A DNA stretch of 64,000 bases, from NCBI GenBank assembly GCA_000182565.2, contig KQ257460.1, one strand, 5' to 3'. The notes under the pieces were generated by a model, which searched no databases, had not been told where the DNA came from, and saw nothing but the letters and a program-made list of their open reading frames with translations. Both the position numbers and the translations under genes were made by a program. Source of the DNA: Spizellomyces punctatus DAOM BR117 (taxonomy: Eukaryota). Shown piece by piece: positions 29,291 to 43,080 of this stretch (position 1 is the first letter of the stretch; every line of letters begins with the position of its first letter).

Positions 29291-30864
29291 TTGCTAGCGA
29301 AGACATCAGCGGCAGACGGCAATGCTCCCTTGAGAATATTTCTCATTCAATCGGCACATGGACTTTTTGCCTCTTCTGGGGGGTTCAGGGCAAATATGGC
29401 CTTCTGCCGAGCTATGGCTGCAGCAGGGCACGAGGTTAAGATGCTCGCCCTCCCGCATAAGGATGACCTGGCCTTGATATCCAACCACACGACAGACGGG
29501 CGGAGACATTTTGGAAGTTATGAAGTGGAAGTTTTTCGGTTTTCTTATAAAGGGATTGAAGTCGTGGGACTTGAGGTAGAACAATATGCGAATGCGATGG
29601 AAAATCCGCAAGTGAAGGCACAACATGTCGCTTGGTTAGAGGTAAGCCTGAAATCGGCGATCGTGTGTGATATATTGAGATCACCTATCGATTAAACTAA
29701 CAGAACGACAGAACAAAGTAGATGTGCCCGAGCTAGACGCCAGACTTTCATTCGTTCATGAGGAAATTGCCGCATTCCGGCCAACACATTTGCTGATGAA
29801 CGAACCGAGCTCTTTGAAAATTGCGATGGACGACAAATTAAAGCATCCTTGCATACGAGTATTTATTGCCCATGACTGCAACAACCTCCCATTTGGTCCC
29901 TTTTCCGTTGATGGTCCGGGAGACGCCCAACTTGCCCGATTACGGGAAGTTGAGGGTCTTTGGACTGTAAGTAAAGCGCTCAAGCAGTACTTCCTTGAGT
30001 TCGGGCAGCTAGACAACGCCAAAGTACTACCCAACCATCCATGGATATTTTCCGATGAGCCCGAAAAGTTGCCCTTTTATGGTACGTCATTGTATCCTAT
30101 TGTACACCTTGCTGGAAGCAGTAGCCCAAACCTCCTCTGATAGATAACTGGGACAAAAAGTACGTCTGCGCTATCAATCCCGGAGCCGCAAAAGGCTTTC
30201 ATATCGTCCATGCTGTAGCCCAATCAATGCCGGATGTAGAGTTTTTGGTGACCAAATCGTGGTCTATGACAGAACACGTCATAACGAAGTTTGAAGAATT
30301 GCCGAATGTCTTGTAAGATACGAATCTTCATACCCTACATCGTAGCTATAGACATTAAAAGGAACAAACGCCAATTATAGAGTTGAGGAATCTGTCAAGG
30401 ACATGGAGAAACTTTGGTGCCGGACAAAGGTCCTCATTGTCCCATCGATATGCTATGAAGCATTTGGACTTGTAGTCGTGGAAGCACTGCTGAGAGGGAT
30501 TCCCGTCATCTCGTCCGATGCAGGGGGATTACCAGAGGTCTGTTTTGTGCATGTCAGCTTGGAAGGAAGTTTCACGCTCACCTTGTATCAACAGGCGCAT
30601 CTCAATACACCTTGGGTGATTCCCGTTACCCCACTAACTGGTGAGAAGGAGACTGACCCGGATCTAATTGAGAAATTCGGGCAGTGGAAGATACCTATGA
30701 ATGACCCAGAGCCGTGGGTCCTTACACTTCACAAATTGCTGTGGGATAGAGACACATATATGGAGATTCGCAAACAAGGGAGAGACGCGGCGTTTGAGTA
30801 CATGAAGCAACTTGATACAAGGGTTTACGAAGACTGGTTGCAAAGTCTACATCGTTGCAGATAG
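29291..30864 (+). CDS. Glycosyltransferase, GT-B fold, family GT4-like (start codon uncertain)
   Basis: LRIFLIQSAHGLFASSGGFRAN, INPGAAKGF, VPSICYEAFGLVVVEALLRGIPVISSDAGGLPE (EX7E motif). Confidence 0.88.
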
Positions 30865-31096
30865 ACATTATGTAGAAGACCACTTTGTACATATTCAATT
30901 CATGTGAACAAAAGTGCAGAACAGAATATGATATATAAGGAACAATGAATACAATCGATGCAATCTTCAATATCTGAATTTCGCATAACTCAAAGGTTTC
31001 GCACAATAAAGGACCTGCCCGGCCCATCTAATAATAAGCAAAGCCAGCTCATCCAAATCTACAGTCTAGCCCGGATACATGTCAAAGATGTGTTTT

Positions 31097-34000
31097 TCAC
31101 TCATTCGCACAGTCATTTTCCCTCGTCGTCCTTCTCCGTCCGCTGACACTTTCAGCGCTTCGGCCGGCAGCAGGGACCATTTCAACGGCATCGCCGTCAT
31201 TCTCCGTCGGCCATCGATTTCCATATGCGGCCGGACTTGACGATGATCTGGCAAGCTCCCGCTGCAACCGCTTTACACCTTCGCTGGTCGCAGTGGCGGC
31301 GAGAGTTGTACCATTTCGAATCAGACTCCCGTCCATGAATCCGTCGACATCAACTCCTTTCTCTTTCAACCTCTTTCCGGCTTCCTTTGCTGCCTCCCGA
31401 ACGGTTGCTCTGGCAACATTAAAGGCAGGTTTTGCCATACCGGTGTACCAAGTAGCATACGCGACTATCGGCATCAAAAAGGTAGTTATTAGCGGCAAGA
31501 TAACGCTGATAAGATCTGCCTACGACGTACCAGCCGCTAATATGATTAGCATCAAGAAATATAGTGGGTTCGACAATACTGCAACGAATTCGTTCCATCC
31601 CAAGACAGCCGTCATGACTACAAACCACATCGGGATCTTTGCCGTGGTGACAACGATGGAGCGCTTCGCCTCTACAAAGAGCAGATCAGCTTCACGCTTG
31701 AACCTGTCGCGCAGGGTTTGAAGCTTCGCGGGAGACAGTACGACCATCGAATGAGGATCAAACCGCTAGTTATAGAAGGCATGTGAACAATCTGTTTCAC
31801 GAGTAAAGACATTCCGAGGTAAATGTTTTTCATACCTCATCCTCTGTGATGGCTGAATCCAATTTCGATAGAGGAACATCAATTTTGGAGTAGAGGACTG
31901 ACAGATTGTCGGCTTCATCCCTCGCTTTACTGAACTGTCCGTCGATATCATCTCCAGGCTTCCACACACGCGGTAAACCAGCTTCATCGTATCGGAATTT
32001 CCCCTCAAACTTATGTCTAAGTCTTTCAATGACCTTGACATCAGCAAACTCATCATGAATCGTCTTCTGCAAGATACCCCAGGCTTCCATCTTCATATCT
32101 TGAACAGAAGCTGCGACCTCCTGTTCACTCGAATTGAACCCTGAAAGGCGCTTGCGCAATTTTTCTTCCGCTTCTACAATCGTGTCATTGAAAGCATCGA
32201 TGATACGCGTCCATACGTCGATAGGACCATCGTTCAGTAACACCTCGATTGGCTCGGTCAAATTTCCGGCGATAAATCTCTCAAGACTTTTAACTATTCT
32301 TTCCATCGCCTCTGTTCTCTTCCGCGCTGCAATCTCATCAATTTCCGTCTTGAATTGGAAGAAGTACTCGTCACTGGACCAGTTCGCATCTTTCAATCTC
32401 GTTCCCTCTTCCACAGATCGATAATAAGCCTCCGCTTGCTCTCTGGCATCATTTAACTTCCGCGCAAAGTCGCTATCATCGGCTTTCAAGCTTTCCGTCA
32501 GTTTCTCATTGAAGAGGTTAAGCGCCCGCTTATGAAGATTACGCAGTTGCTGAACATAGTACACGTGCAAAGCGGTCGCCATTTTGTCTACGAATTCAGC
32601 CCGCTTCTTCTCATACACCTCTTTGTTGTAGCGACTACCGTCCTTGTCAAATGCTTCAAGGGCTTTGCGATAATACTGTTCCGTTTCCCTTCCCATTTCT
32701 TCCAGAACTTTCCCCGCTTCCAATTGGCTGCGATAACCTTTGATATTATCGTTGAAACCCTCGTAAACCACCCGCATAATTTCGTCGCATCGATATTGAG
32801 CTAATAGTTGCTGCTGTGTTGGTAGATCGAGGTCGCGATTGGACACAATCTTCTCCCAGATTGATTCAGCAAATTTGGGGAATCCATCAGCAGGAATGTG
32901 CTTATGAAACACCGGTTTAAATGTGAACGCCGGATCCTGTTTATCGTAAAACCTGATGTCATGGATGGCGTCAGAAAGATATAAAGTCTTGGATTACGAC
33001 GAATGCTACTTTACCGATTCTTTAGCTTCTGTGCCTCCGCCTCAAAGCTTTCCCGCGCATAAATTTTATGCGGTAGCCCAGCGAAGTTGAACTCGAAGAA
33101 GTCGCCAATCGAAGAGCTTTCTTTCCCGGCAGGCTATGGGGTGGCACTCAGTGCTGGCTCCCACGCTAACACAACAGTAAGTATGTACCAACCTTAACCA
33201 GGCCCGCCCATATTTTTTCCAAGTCTTTCATCAACGTAGCTTGCAAGTTTTCCATTGGAGTTGCCCCAGTGAAATCACGGATAACAAAAAACAGACACGT
33301 CTTGGGCGATCTGTCGAGTCACAGCAGATAAGTCGGTAAGTATGGGCAAGCATAGCCGCCGCCCATGCTCAACTACACCTACCCCTTTTGTTGGAAGAGT
33401 TGCAAGTTCACCTCAAACACGGTCTTTAGGAGGCCCATATTGGCCCCGTTATATAGTCCAACTTGATGCTCCCACATATTGATAATCAGCACTTCAGCAA
33501 TTGCGAGTGAGAATAAAGCACTTTTCCGCTCAAAATCCTTGAAATACCAAGAAGATTCCGTGAGTAAAGAAGCTTACCTTACAAAGGATGCCCATATCAC
33601 AGGCTTACCTGATCTTCTCCGCGCTCCCGACCGTCCGTTCCTTCCACATCAAGGACAAGTAAACTGCGATCAGCAGCCTTGCTCACCCAAATACCTGCGA
33701 AACAGCGTCAATTGACTGGCTTCAATGAACCATGACTAATCCAATGTCTGCACCTTTTGTTGTTTGCTGACGAGCGGTCTCATTCATTACATCAAAATTA
33801 GTTCCAAAAAGCCGGTTCAAGAGGGTACCTAAGCAGAACCTTAAAGTATCAGCATACGCTATTATCTTGGGGCTCATCTCGAAACATGACTTACTTTTTC
33901 CTGTACTCTGAGACCCGAACACGGCCACCACATTATAATCAAATCCTTGGTCTGTAACATGCCACTTATCGCGCATGTAGTCCAGTAGAAATGGCCTATT

Positions 34001-34245
34001 AATATTGACATTTCGGACAGTGTGAGTAGTGAAAACAGAATTATTATCGAATCACCAATGTTCATAGAAGATTTGTATCGTCCATTTCGTCTTAGGCTAA
34101 CTTACGTGAATTCCTGCTCCTCGTTGACGGCTTGCAGTCGAGGGTCCTCTGGATCCAATGTCAGCCACTTTTTTTTCAACGCCTCGCTGCTAGTGTGCTC
34201 CCCATCCCCATAATCCACGTCCGGGACGAGGACATCAGTCGACAT
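31097..34245 (-). CDS. SEY1: Sey1/RHD3 ER-fusion GTPase
   Basis: [54 protein letters not shown]-terminal TM hairpin LGWNEF. Confidence 0.96.
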
Positions 34246-34669
34246 TGTTCGGATTGTGCTTCAGGTGTGCTATATTGCTATTGCAGAGGTCTGCGTCACA
34301 GCTATTAGAGCACAGATGGCAGATGGTCCTTGCTTTAGGAAACAGGAAATGTGCTCTGGTCGCAGTAAAGGTGGCGTTAGATGACGGGTGTGAAAAGCTG
34401 CAAAAGTTCCCCCCGTCGTCGTCTCCGGCAGCTGCTGCTGTGCCACTGACACCTGACGTCGTCATATCCAAATGGAGGTAAATGAACAGCTCAGTACGGC
34501 GACGGTTGAAGCCATCTGTGCAATTGCAGAGTTTTCGAGCGTCAGCTTTAGCATCAGAGTACCGTAGACCACATTCTTTGCATGGTATTCGGTGCTCAGC
34601 TGGAGCAATTTGCGATACAGAAGTGGCAGCGATACCTTTGTGCCGTGGATGGGTGGAACGTCTGCTACG

Positions 34670-35877
34670 ATGACGACGAGCATCGCTAGAGTTCACGCCA
34701 ATGCATGCGCTGAACGGCCTAGAGAGTACTGGGATTATGATAACTTTCAGATACAGTGGAGGTCTGTAGCTTTGAGACTTGTTCACGTCGTTGGCCTAGA
34801 TCGCGAATTTGACCTCAGTCGATAGTGGACAGGATAATTATGAGATAGTAAGGAAGGTCGGGCGGGGAAAGTACTCTGAAGTGTTCGAGGGGGTCAACAT
34901 TGCCACGAACGAGAAATGCTGCATCAAGGTATTGAAGCCCGTAAAGAAACGAAAAATTAAGCGAGAAATCAAGATCTTGCAAAACTTGGCGGGAGGACCG
35001 AACGTCATTCGTCTCCTGGATGTCGTGAGAGAACCTCAATCAAAAACACCAGCTCTAATTTTCGAAAATATCAACAATGTAGAGTTTAAAGTCCTGTATC
35101 CAAAGCTGTCCGACTACGAAGTCCGCTATTACATATTTGAACTGCTAAAGGCGTTAGAGTTCTGTCACTCTCGAGGAATCATGCATCGCGACGTTAAACC
35201 TCATAATGTGATGATTGACCACGAGAAAAAGACGCTTCGACTTATAGACTGGGGATTAGCGGAATTTTATCATCCCGGCACAGAATACAACGTGCGCGTG
35301 GCATCAAGATATTTTAAGGGTCCGGAGCTGTTGGTTGACTTTCAGGAATACGATTACTCTCTGGATATGTGGAGCTTGGGGTGCATGTTTGCGAGTATGG
35401 TAAGTAGTACCATGTATCCCTGCCAAATTCCGTTACTTACATTACGTGAACCCGCCAGATATTCCGCAAAGAACCTTTCTTTCATGGTCATGATAATTAC
35501 GATCAGCTTGTCAAGATAGCAAAAGTCCTAGGGACCGATGAGCTGTTTGCATATCTGGAGAAGTATCGCATTGAACTGGATCAGAGATTTGACGAAATTT
35601 TGGGGAGGTGCGTTAGGTCGCCTTTGGCATGCTGCACAGGCTACATTTGGAACGACGTCGTTGACATTTTGCTGCTGATAGGTATCCGCGCAAGCCTTGG
35701 CGAAAGTTTGTAAACACAGACAACGAACGCTATATTTCAGACGAGGCGATCGACTTTCTAGACAAATTACTACGATATGACCATCAAGAACGGCTCACGC
35801 CACAGGAGGCAATGGCACATCCTTACTTTGATCCAGTGCGGCCAAAAGATTGGCAACCCGGTCAATCAAGCGCTTGA
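34670..35877 (+). CDS. CKA1: Casein kinase II catalytic alpha subunit
   Basis: [69 protein letters not shown]. Confidence 0.97.
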
Positions 35878-36365
35878 TACTTCACCTGGACAATGATTGA
35901 TGCCGACTGGTGCGATGTATCTTCATTCATTGTGAATATTATGTTTCCTCTAGCGCAACTGTGCATTACACATATTACCGATAGAAATCTGTCATTACTG
36001 CCACCACCGCCCTGACTCATTCAGATGGTTGGTTCGTTCCAGATTGACGCGGGCACTAGGCTCCCTCGAATGTGGATCCAATGTGGGTGCGGGAGCGCTT
36101 GCCCCAAAAAAATGGGAATGGGCCGGCCGTCCCGCCACTGCCAACTGACTAAGAGATCGTGGCGGATTTGCCTAGCCCAAACAGCAGCATCTTCGTTCTG
36201 CATTTCGGTTTGCATTTTGGCTTACGCACCACACCGAGTTTCCGCAAACAAATTGGACATTTGGCGCGGTCTATAGACTTCTCGAAACTCTGCAGCGAAG
36301 CGTGGCAGTCTTGAGCTTCGCGTTGCTCAGCACTTTTCCTCAACTTCCACCGCAACACTCACTCA

Positions 36366-39300
36366 TTGGACACCTTCGCCGTGGCGCCCTCTGTCGATAC
36401 CCGTTCTCTTCGTGGGGAAGAGAGGGCCTCTCCGGCCCCCTCGGAGTCGGACTCCGCCTACTCCAGCCGTCACTCCGCCGAAATTGAGCGCTCGTCACCT
36501 CCGAGTTTTGATTGCGAACAGCTTGAAGGCGAATCGAAGCACACAACTGACACCGGTACCGATTCCCATGCAGCTACGAAACGCGCATCTTTGTCCAGAC
36601 AGTCAATCCTACCACCATCTCCCCCGCTGGGTGGTACCTCTCAACCATGCATATCACAGCCACTGAGTATCACACAGAACAATTCCTCTTTTCACAACCT
36701 AGGGTTCCCTGCCTTATCTGTGCAAAATCAGGGGCACCTCAATCCTCTAGCCACTCCAACACCCACGCCACCTCCGCCGCTACTGCAAAGAACCCCACTG
36801 TACTATCCGCCGACGCAATTTGCTTCTACCTTTGACTTGATGGGAAATTGGCAGCCGTTCAACGGTGCAGATGCATCACTTGGGGAAGCTAACTCTGTCG
36901 TCGCCGCTGGAAAAGCGAGGCTCGATGAGATGCACAACTTCACTTCCAAAGGACTCCAGGTTCGAGTATTAGGTGTCCCACAGCAACATGCAAAGTCGCG
37001 AGTGGAGACCCAGATAAAGATATGCCTGCAGCTAGTCACGGACAAAGGTGACAAAGTGCCGTTGTGGTCTCATCTGCGTCTCCCAGAATATCTGGTACCT
37101 CGCGAAAAGCTTCGGCGCAACAAGATGAGCGACTATGATCATATGGCTGCCATGTCGGAGAAGGCTGTTCTCAATCTCGAAGCTGTTGTTGTTTGTGCTT
37201 CGGACGTAGCGAAAACAGTTACCACTTGCCTTGGGTGTATCCAGCGAGAGCGGAAAAGGACAAGGAAGAAGGAAGCGAATTCGAAGCGAGCAGTCAAGTG
37301 GGAGGCGCCACGTCTGGGCCCCAGTGGTGAGGAACTGTTGGATGACGAAAGCCTGTCCCTGGAGCAGAAGAAGGTTTTGCTGTTTAACTGTAGCCATATG
37401 GTGGATTTCAGCAGCGGCGACACAATCTTACCCACTCGCATCACATGCTATTGTCGCCACCACGGGGAGAAGCTCGGTTTCTGGTAAGGAAGTTCCCGCA
37501 CACAGGTGTCTTATCGTTGTCTTAATTGACCGAACTCGCACCTCTTTAGTGTGTATTTCGTCATTAGGGACTGCACTGGGCAGATCGTTGCTACCGGAAT
37601 GTCCCCCCCGATCATGATTACCGACGATCACAAGTCCTCTAAGGCGAAGGCAAACAGTCGAAAGCGCCCCCGAACCGATGAACCCATGTCCCCCCCAAGC
37701 GGTTCCTCTCCCCCGTTCCGCAGATCGTCCGTCCTCTCATCACAATCCAATGAGCAGGTACCAGATGCCATGAGCATGATGTTGGGCGACTCCATCCTAT
37801 CCTTTGGTGAATCAAACATTGGACTAGGGGAGCAATTCATGAATCATGGGCATAATATTTTCCCAGCAAACCCGAGGCCTCACAGCGTCGCACAGCCCGC
37901 TAGTCCGATATCCCCTCCTCAGGCTGTAGCTTTTCCAAAGATGGATGATTTACTTGCCAATGATGAAACTCGAGAACACCAAGCATGCAACGGTTTGGAC
38001 TTGAACGGGGAGTTTGGAGCGGATATGGTTATGGATTTGGATAATATCTCAAGAGCTGCAGATTTGGCCGTTTTTGAAGATTTCATGGTGCAGACTGGGC
38101 TTCAGGATCCAGTGGAAGACGCTAAAGCCGAAGCCGCGAATACATCTGCCGTGACATCCCAAATTCCTTCTGTCAGCAGGATTGTTCCCGCAGAAGGGCC
38201 GTTACATGGTGGCCTGGAGGTGACTGTGCTTGGAAGTGATTTCTATGGTAAGAGAATACAGAGCTACACAGCGTCACATTGAAATCTAAATACATATTAT
38301 ACAAAATTAAGACGGATTAACGGTCATGTTCGGGGGCATTCCGGCGGTTCAAACTCACTTCTGGGGCGCGACAACGCTTGTATGTATCCTTCCCCCAGCC
38401 CCCGTCCCGGGCCCTGTACCTGTCACTTTCAAAGAGCATCCAGTGAACTTGTCTTCCGAAAGCGATAATAACGCCGCCATATTCACTTATAAGGATGGTA
38501 AGCCTACGAGCTCTTGATCTCCACGTCTGTCGCGCATGTCCACTAATGAACGTTTCTTTAAAGATGCCGACCGAGCTTTGATGGAGCTTGCTTTGCAGGT
38601 GTTGGGGTTAAGGATGACAGGGAAATTGGAAGATGCTAGACAGGTATGGTTTCATTGATGTTGGACTCAACCAGTTGTGTAGAGATTCACCAAGTGGCGA
38701 TATAGATTGCTATGCGAATTGTAGCAGATCCAAACAGCGGAAACAAGGAACCCACTAGCGGTGCTACGTCTTCAGCTCAAACGCGTCGGTCTTTAGCAGT
38801 CAGCGTTTTGAAGCAGTCCTTTGGGGTCAGTCCACGCGTCTCTCGTCCCGAGCTGGAGTGCCTGCTTCTCCAAGCGCTGTGCAATGCTTCAGATGACCAG
38901 AATTTGCTTGACGATACATGCACGTCGACTGGACATAATTTGCTCCATCTTGCAATTCTTTCTGGAATGGGCTCCTTGGCCAAGTGGCTTATTGCAAACG
39001 AGGTTTGCGACATAGAAGCTAGCGATCAATCAGGATTTGCGCCCATCCACTTTGCGGCATGGACAGGCATGTGGAGTGTTGTTAAGGAATTGCTGGAAGG
39101 TTGGTGTTATTTAGGGGTTTTAGAGGGGGGTGTTGGAAATATCATACTAATGGCCTGGCGTGGAATTTTAGCTGGTGCAAGACGCCATGTCCCTATTAAG
39201 CAAGGACATCTTCCAGTTCACTTGGCGGCCTCGAGAGGGCACCGAGAGGTATATGATGACATCGATTGTTTAGATTTGAGGCTCTGATTAACGATTGTTA

Positions 39301-40863
39301 TGTCACAGGTGGTGAAATTGCTTGCAGTGTATCAGAATGTGTACGATTGGGATTCTGATGAGGGGATTTTCTCGGGCGAAGAGGAAGAGAGCGAGCAACC
39401 CGTGGATGAGAGCGACGTCGTTGTGGATCCCGTGGTGGAGCTTCACTCTGAATGCGACATGATCGTAAAGGAAGTGCCCGAGCATATCCCAACGGACGAC
39501 GCTGATTTAAAGCCAGACGCAACTGATGATGTGTGGCTGGTTCCCACTTCAAATGAGATAGGGTCCGCTGGGAAAGGGTCACAGGCGCGTCCTGTAGGCC
39601 GTTTTGCAGAGAGGCCACGGCGAGGGAAGAGAGGAAGAGGAGGCAGAGGAGGCACAGGGACGCTTCAAAGATTTTCTGCTGGTATCAGAGAAGAAGTGTC
39701 TGTGACAAGCGGCAAGGACGAGACTGCGAATGAACATTGGAATGCGCAAGAGGACGATGGATCTGCAATATCTGAAAAGGATGGAGCGCATACCGCAATG
39801 ACATTAGCAGAACCTCTCCAAGCAGACCCCACATTGGCATCAGCAAACCCTGAGAAGGCTGGTGACGCCCATCTGGTGGACGAGAGCAAAGCAGCGCGCC
39901 TATCAGTGAAGGAATTGCTTTACAATCTAGCTGCCCATCCGGAAAGCAAGACTGCGATTTCTCAGAAAGTCGAAAGTCTAGAGAATCCCGCAAGTAACCT
40001 CTGGAACAAGACGGAAGAAAAGTCACCATCGTCTTGGTATAATCCCTTGGCCCAACTGCCAACCTTCCTTGCACTGCCGGTGTCTCTCCCCACGCCTGCA
40101 CTTCAGAAGAAGGCAGAGGACAAAGGATCACATGGCAAGAATCAAATTGACGATCTTTCTGATCGGCTGCCTGCGGTGAATACCCATCTTTCTCCGACAG
40201 ACACTTCCTGTATTCCCCCGGGCGATACTCCGCTTCCGCCTTATACTCCTCCCGTTCCATACCCGCAAGGCATCAACACCTTGGAACCACACCAGCGGGG
40301 CATTTCTCGTTTCTACATTCAACAACATTCGCCTTCTGTTCCGTCTCCATACCCTTCAAGGTCGGATAGTCTCGACCATCTTGCGCTGCTGACAAATGAA
40401 TATGCGACGGATATTCCATGCAACTGCATTTCATATTCGGGTACACATGAGACGCGGTGTGCACGGTACCAAGCTGCATTGGAACGCAAGAAGGAAATGA
40501 TCTATATGATGGAAGGCGGACGGCATGGAAGGAGTTTGTGGACTTTTTGGATACCAGTTTTATTTGGTATGTTTGAGGGATTTAGTTTTCTGATGCGAAC
40601 TCTCGTCTAACAGTTGCATTCCTGGCTGGTCTTTAGTGGTCCTTGGTTTGGCATTTTTCCGTTTTCTGGTCACCAACGAGGACGTAGAAACCATCATGAA
40701 CAAGATTGGACAGGCTCACGCAGATATCCTGGGTCCTGTGAGAGAATGGTTTGAAGGCGCCAGAGCTTGGGGTGCCGGACGAGGAGAAGGTGTAACAGAG
40801 TGGATTCATACAATACATGTTAGAGGGCGGGCAATTGCAAAGGTGGGACGGTTGGTGGTATAG
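36366..40863 (+). CDS. MGA2: Mga2/Spt23-type ER-anchored transcription factor (DNA-binding-like region, IPT/TIG, ankyrin repeats, C-terminal TM); start uncertain
   Basis: KSRVETQIK, RITCYCRHHGEKLGF, PPIMITDDHK, VPAEGPLHGGLEVTVLG, ALMELALQVLG, ankyrin GHNLLHLA, TM LWTFWIPVLF. Confidence 0.9.
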
Positions 40864-41201
40864 ATTCAGGACCCGTAAAGTATAGTTTTAGGGTATCGCA
40901 TTTGATTTTTGTATATTCAATTTGAGGGTTATTCATATATACAGTACCATGTGTCATTGGGGATGCACATCTGGAAGTTTCAAGTGGGATGGTCCGATGA
41001 CCTGCAGGCTTGTTGCCGCGTTCCCTAACTTGACAGCCTACCGACTCCATTATTTATACAGATCCTTGACCGCGCACTCAACCATTTGAACCGTCCACCA
41101 AACTCGAAGATCCGGAACGTTACAAGCTGTGGATATCGGAAAGACTACGCTCCGCCGATCGTCTTCGGTACTTCTGCCGGAAACGACGTACGCTGAGGAA
41201 C

Positions 41202-41471
41202 TTATCCGTATACTCCAACCAAAGTCGCGGAAGGACGGGAGCGCGTCCCACGCCATTCATCATACGCTACAAGCTGTTTGATGAAAAAATCGAGTACGAG
41301 AATCACGGCCAGGAATATCAGCACATGTTTTAGCTTCGCGGTCCATGAGAACGGTCGGCGAACGTTCCAGTTCGGGTCGGGATATTTCCACGCGAGACGT
41401 CTGTCCCAGTTCCAGTAATTTGGGTAGATGTAGTCGGTAGCGTTGGTGAGAGATGGTGGACGGTAAGGCAT
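41202..41471 (-). CDS. Small single-pass membrane protein (89 aa), unknown function
   Basis: Intronless ORF MPYRPPSL...WNWDRRLAWKYPDPNWN...LKHVLIFLAVILVLDFFI with one TM; AACAACATG start context. Confidence 0.6.
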   Translation of the reverse strand: MPYRPPSLTNATDYIYPNYWNWDRRLAWKYPDPNWNVRRPFSWTAKLKHVLIFLAVILVLDFFIKQLVAYDEWRGTRSRPSATLVGVYG

Positions 41472-41565
41472 GTTGTTTGTGTGGATGGAATGGGAGGAAG
41501 CGTAAGGTCGAGGTCGTTCGTTGTCAGTGTGGCTTCGCGTCCACCGCGTTCCTCGCTGTAGCAGT

Positions 41566-41580
41566 GTTGCCCATGGCAAC
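41566..41580. promoter_or_regulatory. RFX X-box-like palindrome
   Basis: GTTGCC-CAT-GGCAAC fits GTNRCC-N0-3-RGYAAC, about 95 nt upstream of the 89-aa ORF. Confidence 0.55.
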
Positions 41581-42198
41581 TGCCACATCCACATAGTGAA
41601 AAGGACTCGAACGAATCTTCATTCACCGTCAACTAATAGATCGATCCTGTAACAGGTAAGCCCAACTGGCAAGTAGCTTTTACAGTGGACCCGTCTGGGA
41701 TGTTTGTTTTTCATATATGTTAGACTACGGATATATTTAATGTCGACAACGTTTTTGCTGAGACTGGGACTTCGGATTCCCTGTCGACTCTTAACTGGGT
41801 TTCTGAGCGTTTACTGAACTTTCTGCCTTATTCTATCAGATTACCACATCGCACTCTCCATAGTCTCCTAACCATTGCTGCGGGGTCACCAAAACCTGCA
41901 TTTACCGACAATTGCAGTATTTAGTTTTGGGTAAGATGTCGATTTTCCTCTACCCTTCCTGCTCCCTTGCGTCGAGGATGCTTTTTCGCATATGTTAGAC
42001 TTCCGAATTATCAATGTTGGAAAAAATCTTCAACTGCTGAGAGCGAAGGGAGCACGACAGGGTCTTAGTTTGAGATATTTGAAACTTTTGAACCCAATTC
42101 TCACTGATCCCATTTCGGGTATGAAGTTTACAGAACCTTGTAGTCAGTCATACCCGATTATTTTAACCCTTCCTGCGCCTCCATTGCCACCCGTACAA

Positions 42199-42645
42199 AT
42201 GGCACTGCGACCTACCGCTTTCCTGCTAGATGTGGTTCGCCCACCACGTCAAATGTTCTACGGAGAAGTAATAGGAACCGCTATGCAGAAGACGATCAAA
42301 GTCCGTGTAGCAAGACCACGCATACACCCTGTCGTTCAAAAGGTTTCTGCGTGGACTCTTTTCGTTCTGATACCGTACCCTGTCTAATCTTGGTATGCAC
42401 AGCCTATCACATTCCACAAAACATTTCTAGCACACGACGAGCATGAACGATGTGTGGTGGGCGATTGGGTACGGATCGACTCTTGCCAAAAGATTAGCAA
42501 GCGGAAAAACTTCACCTTGGGAGAAATTGTCGCCCCTGCTTCTCGATATACGGACGCGGATGGAAAGCTGCATACACAAAGGCAAACTGGTGTTCAGGAA
42601 GTAGATAAAGTTGCCAAGCTCAAGGAATCGAAGCATCTGTCGTAA
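42199..42645 (+). CDS. MRPS17: Mitochondrial ribosomal protein uS17m
   Basis: FYGEVIGTAMQKTIKVRV...HPVVQK/...FLAHDEHERCVVGDWVRIDSCQKISKRKNFTL. Confidence 0.9.
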
Positions 42646-43080
42646 TCGGCGTATAATCCCGCTTGATCCTTATAAATGCAATGTACATAGATCGGAAGCT
42701 TATTTCTATTTTGTCGCCTCTGGATGCACAATATAATTAATGTGATGTGGTTCAAACCACCCTGCAGCCGTCCAGGCCATTATGAAATCCGTTTGCAGGA
42801 GGAAGGATCCTTGTCGTTTGCTGCAAAACTCTATACAACATTGTTGGGCTTCTGCCCTTTTGACGAGATTCATTCATAGCGACGCATCCTTTCTACCCTT
42901 TCTATCTTGCTGCGGTTACGTAGTTCCCCAACAAGAGGTGAGAGCTCCTTGAGACAACAAGTTAAGAGGCGCGTTCATCTTGGTTGACGACTGCCTTGGT
43001 CGACGCTTTCCTGGTCTGCCACGATTGCTAAGTTAGAGGCCATCGACTTGCTGCCTGATCTTTCAAATACCACGCTCGTA

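Noticed and set aside
19700-31000. Dikaritin/ustiloxin-type RiPP gene cluster around the repeat precursor
   Set aside because: No DUF3328/UstYa, tyrosinase, P450 or transporter lies nearby; the neighbours are CMC4, a HECT ligase and GOS1.
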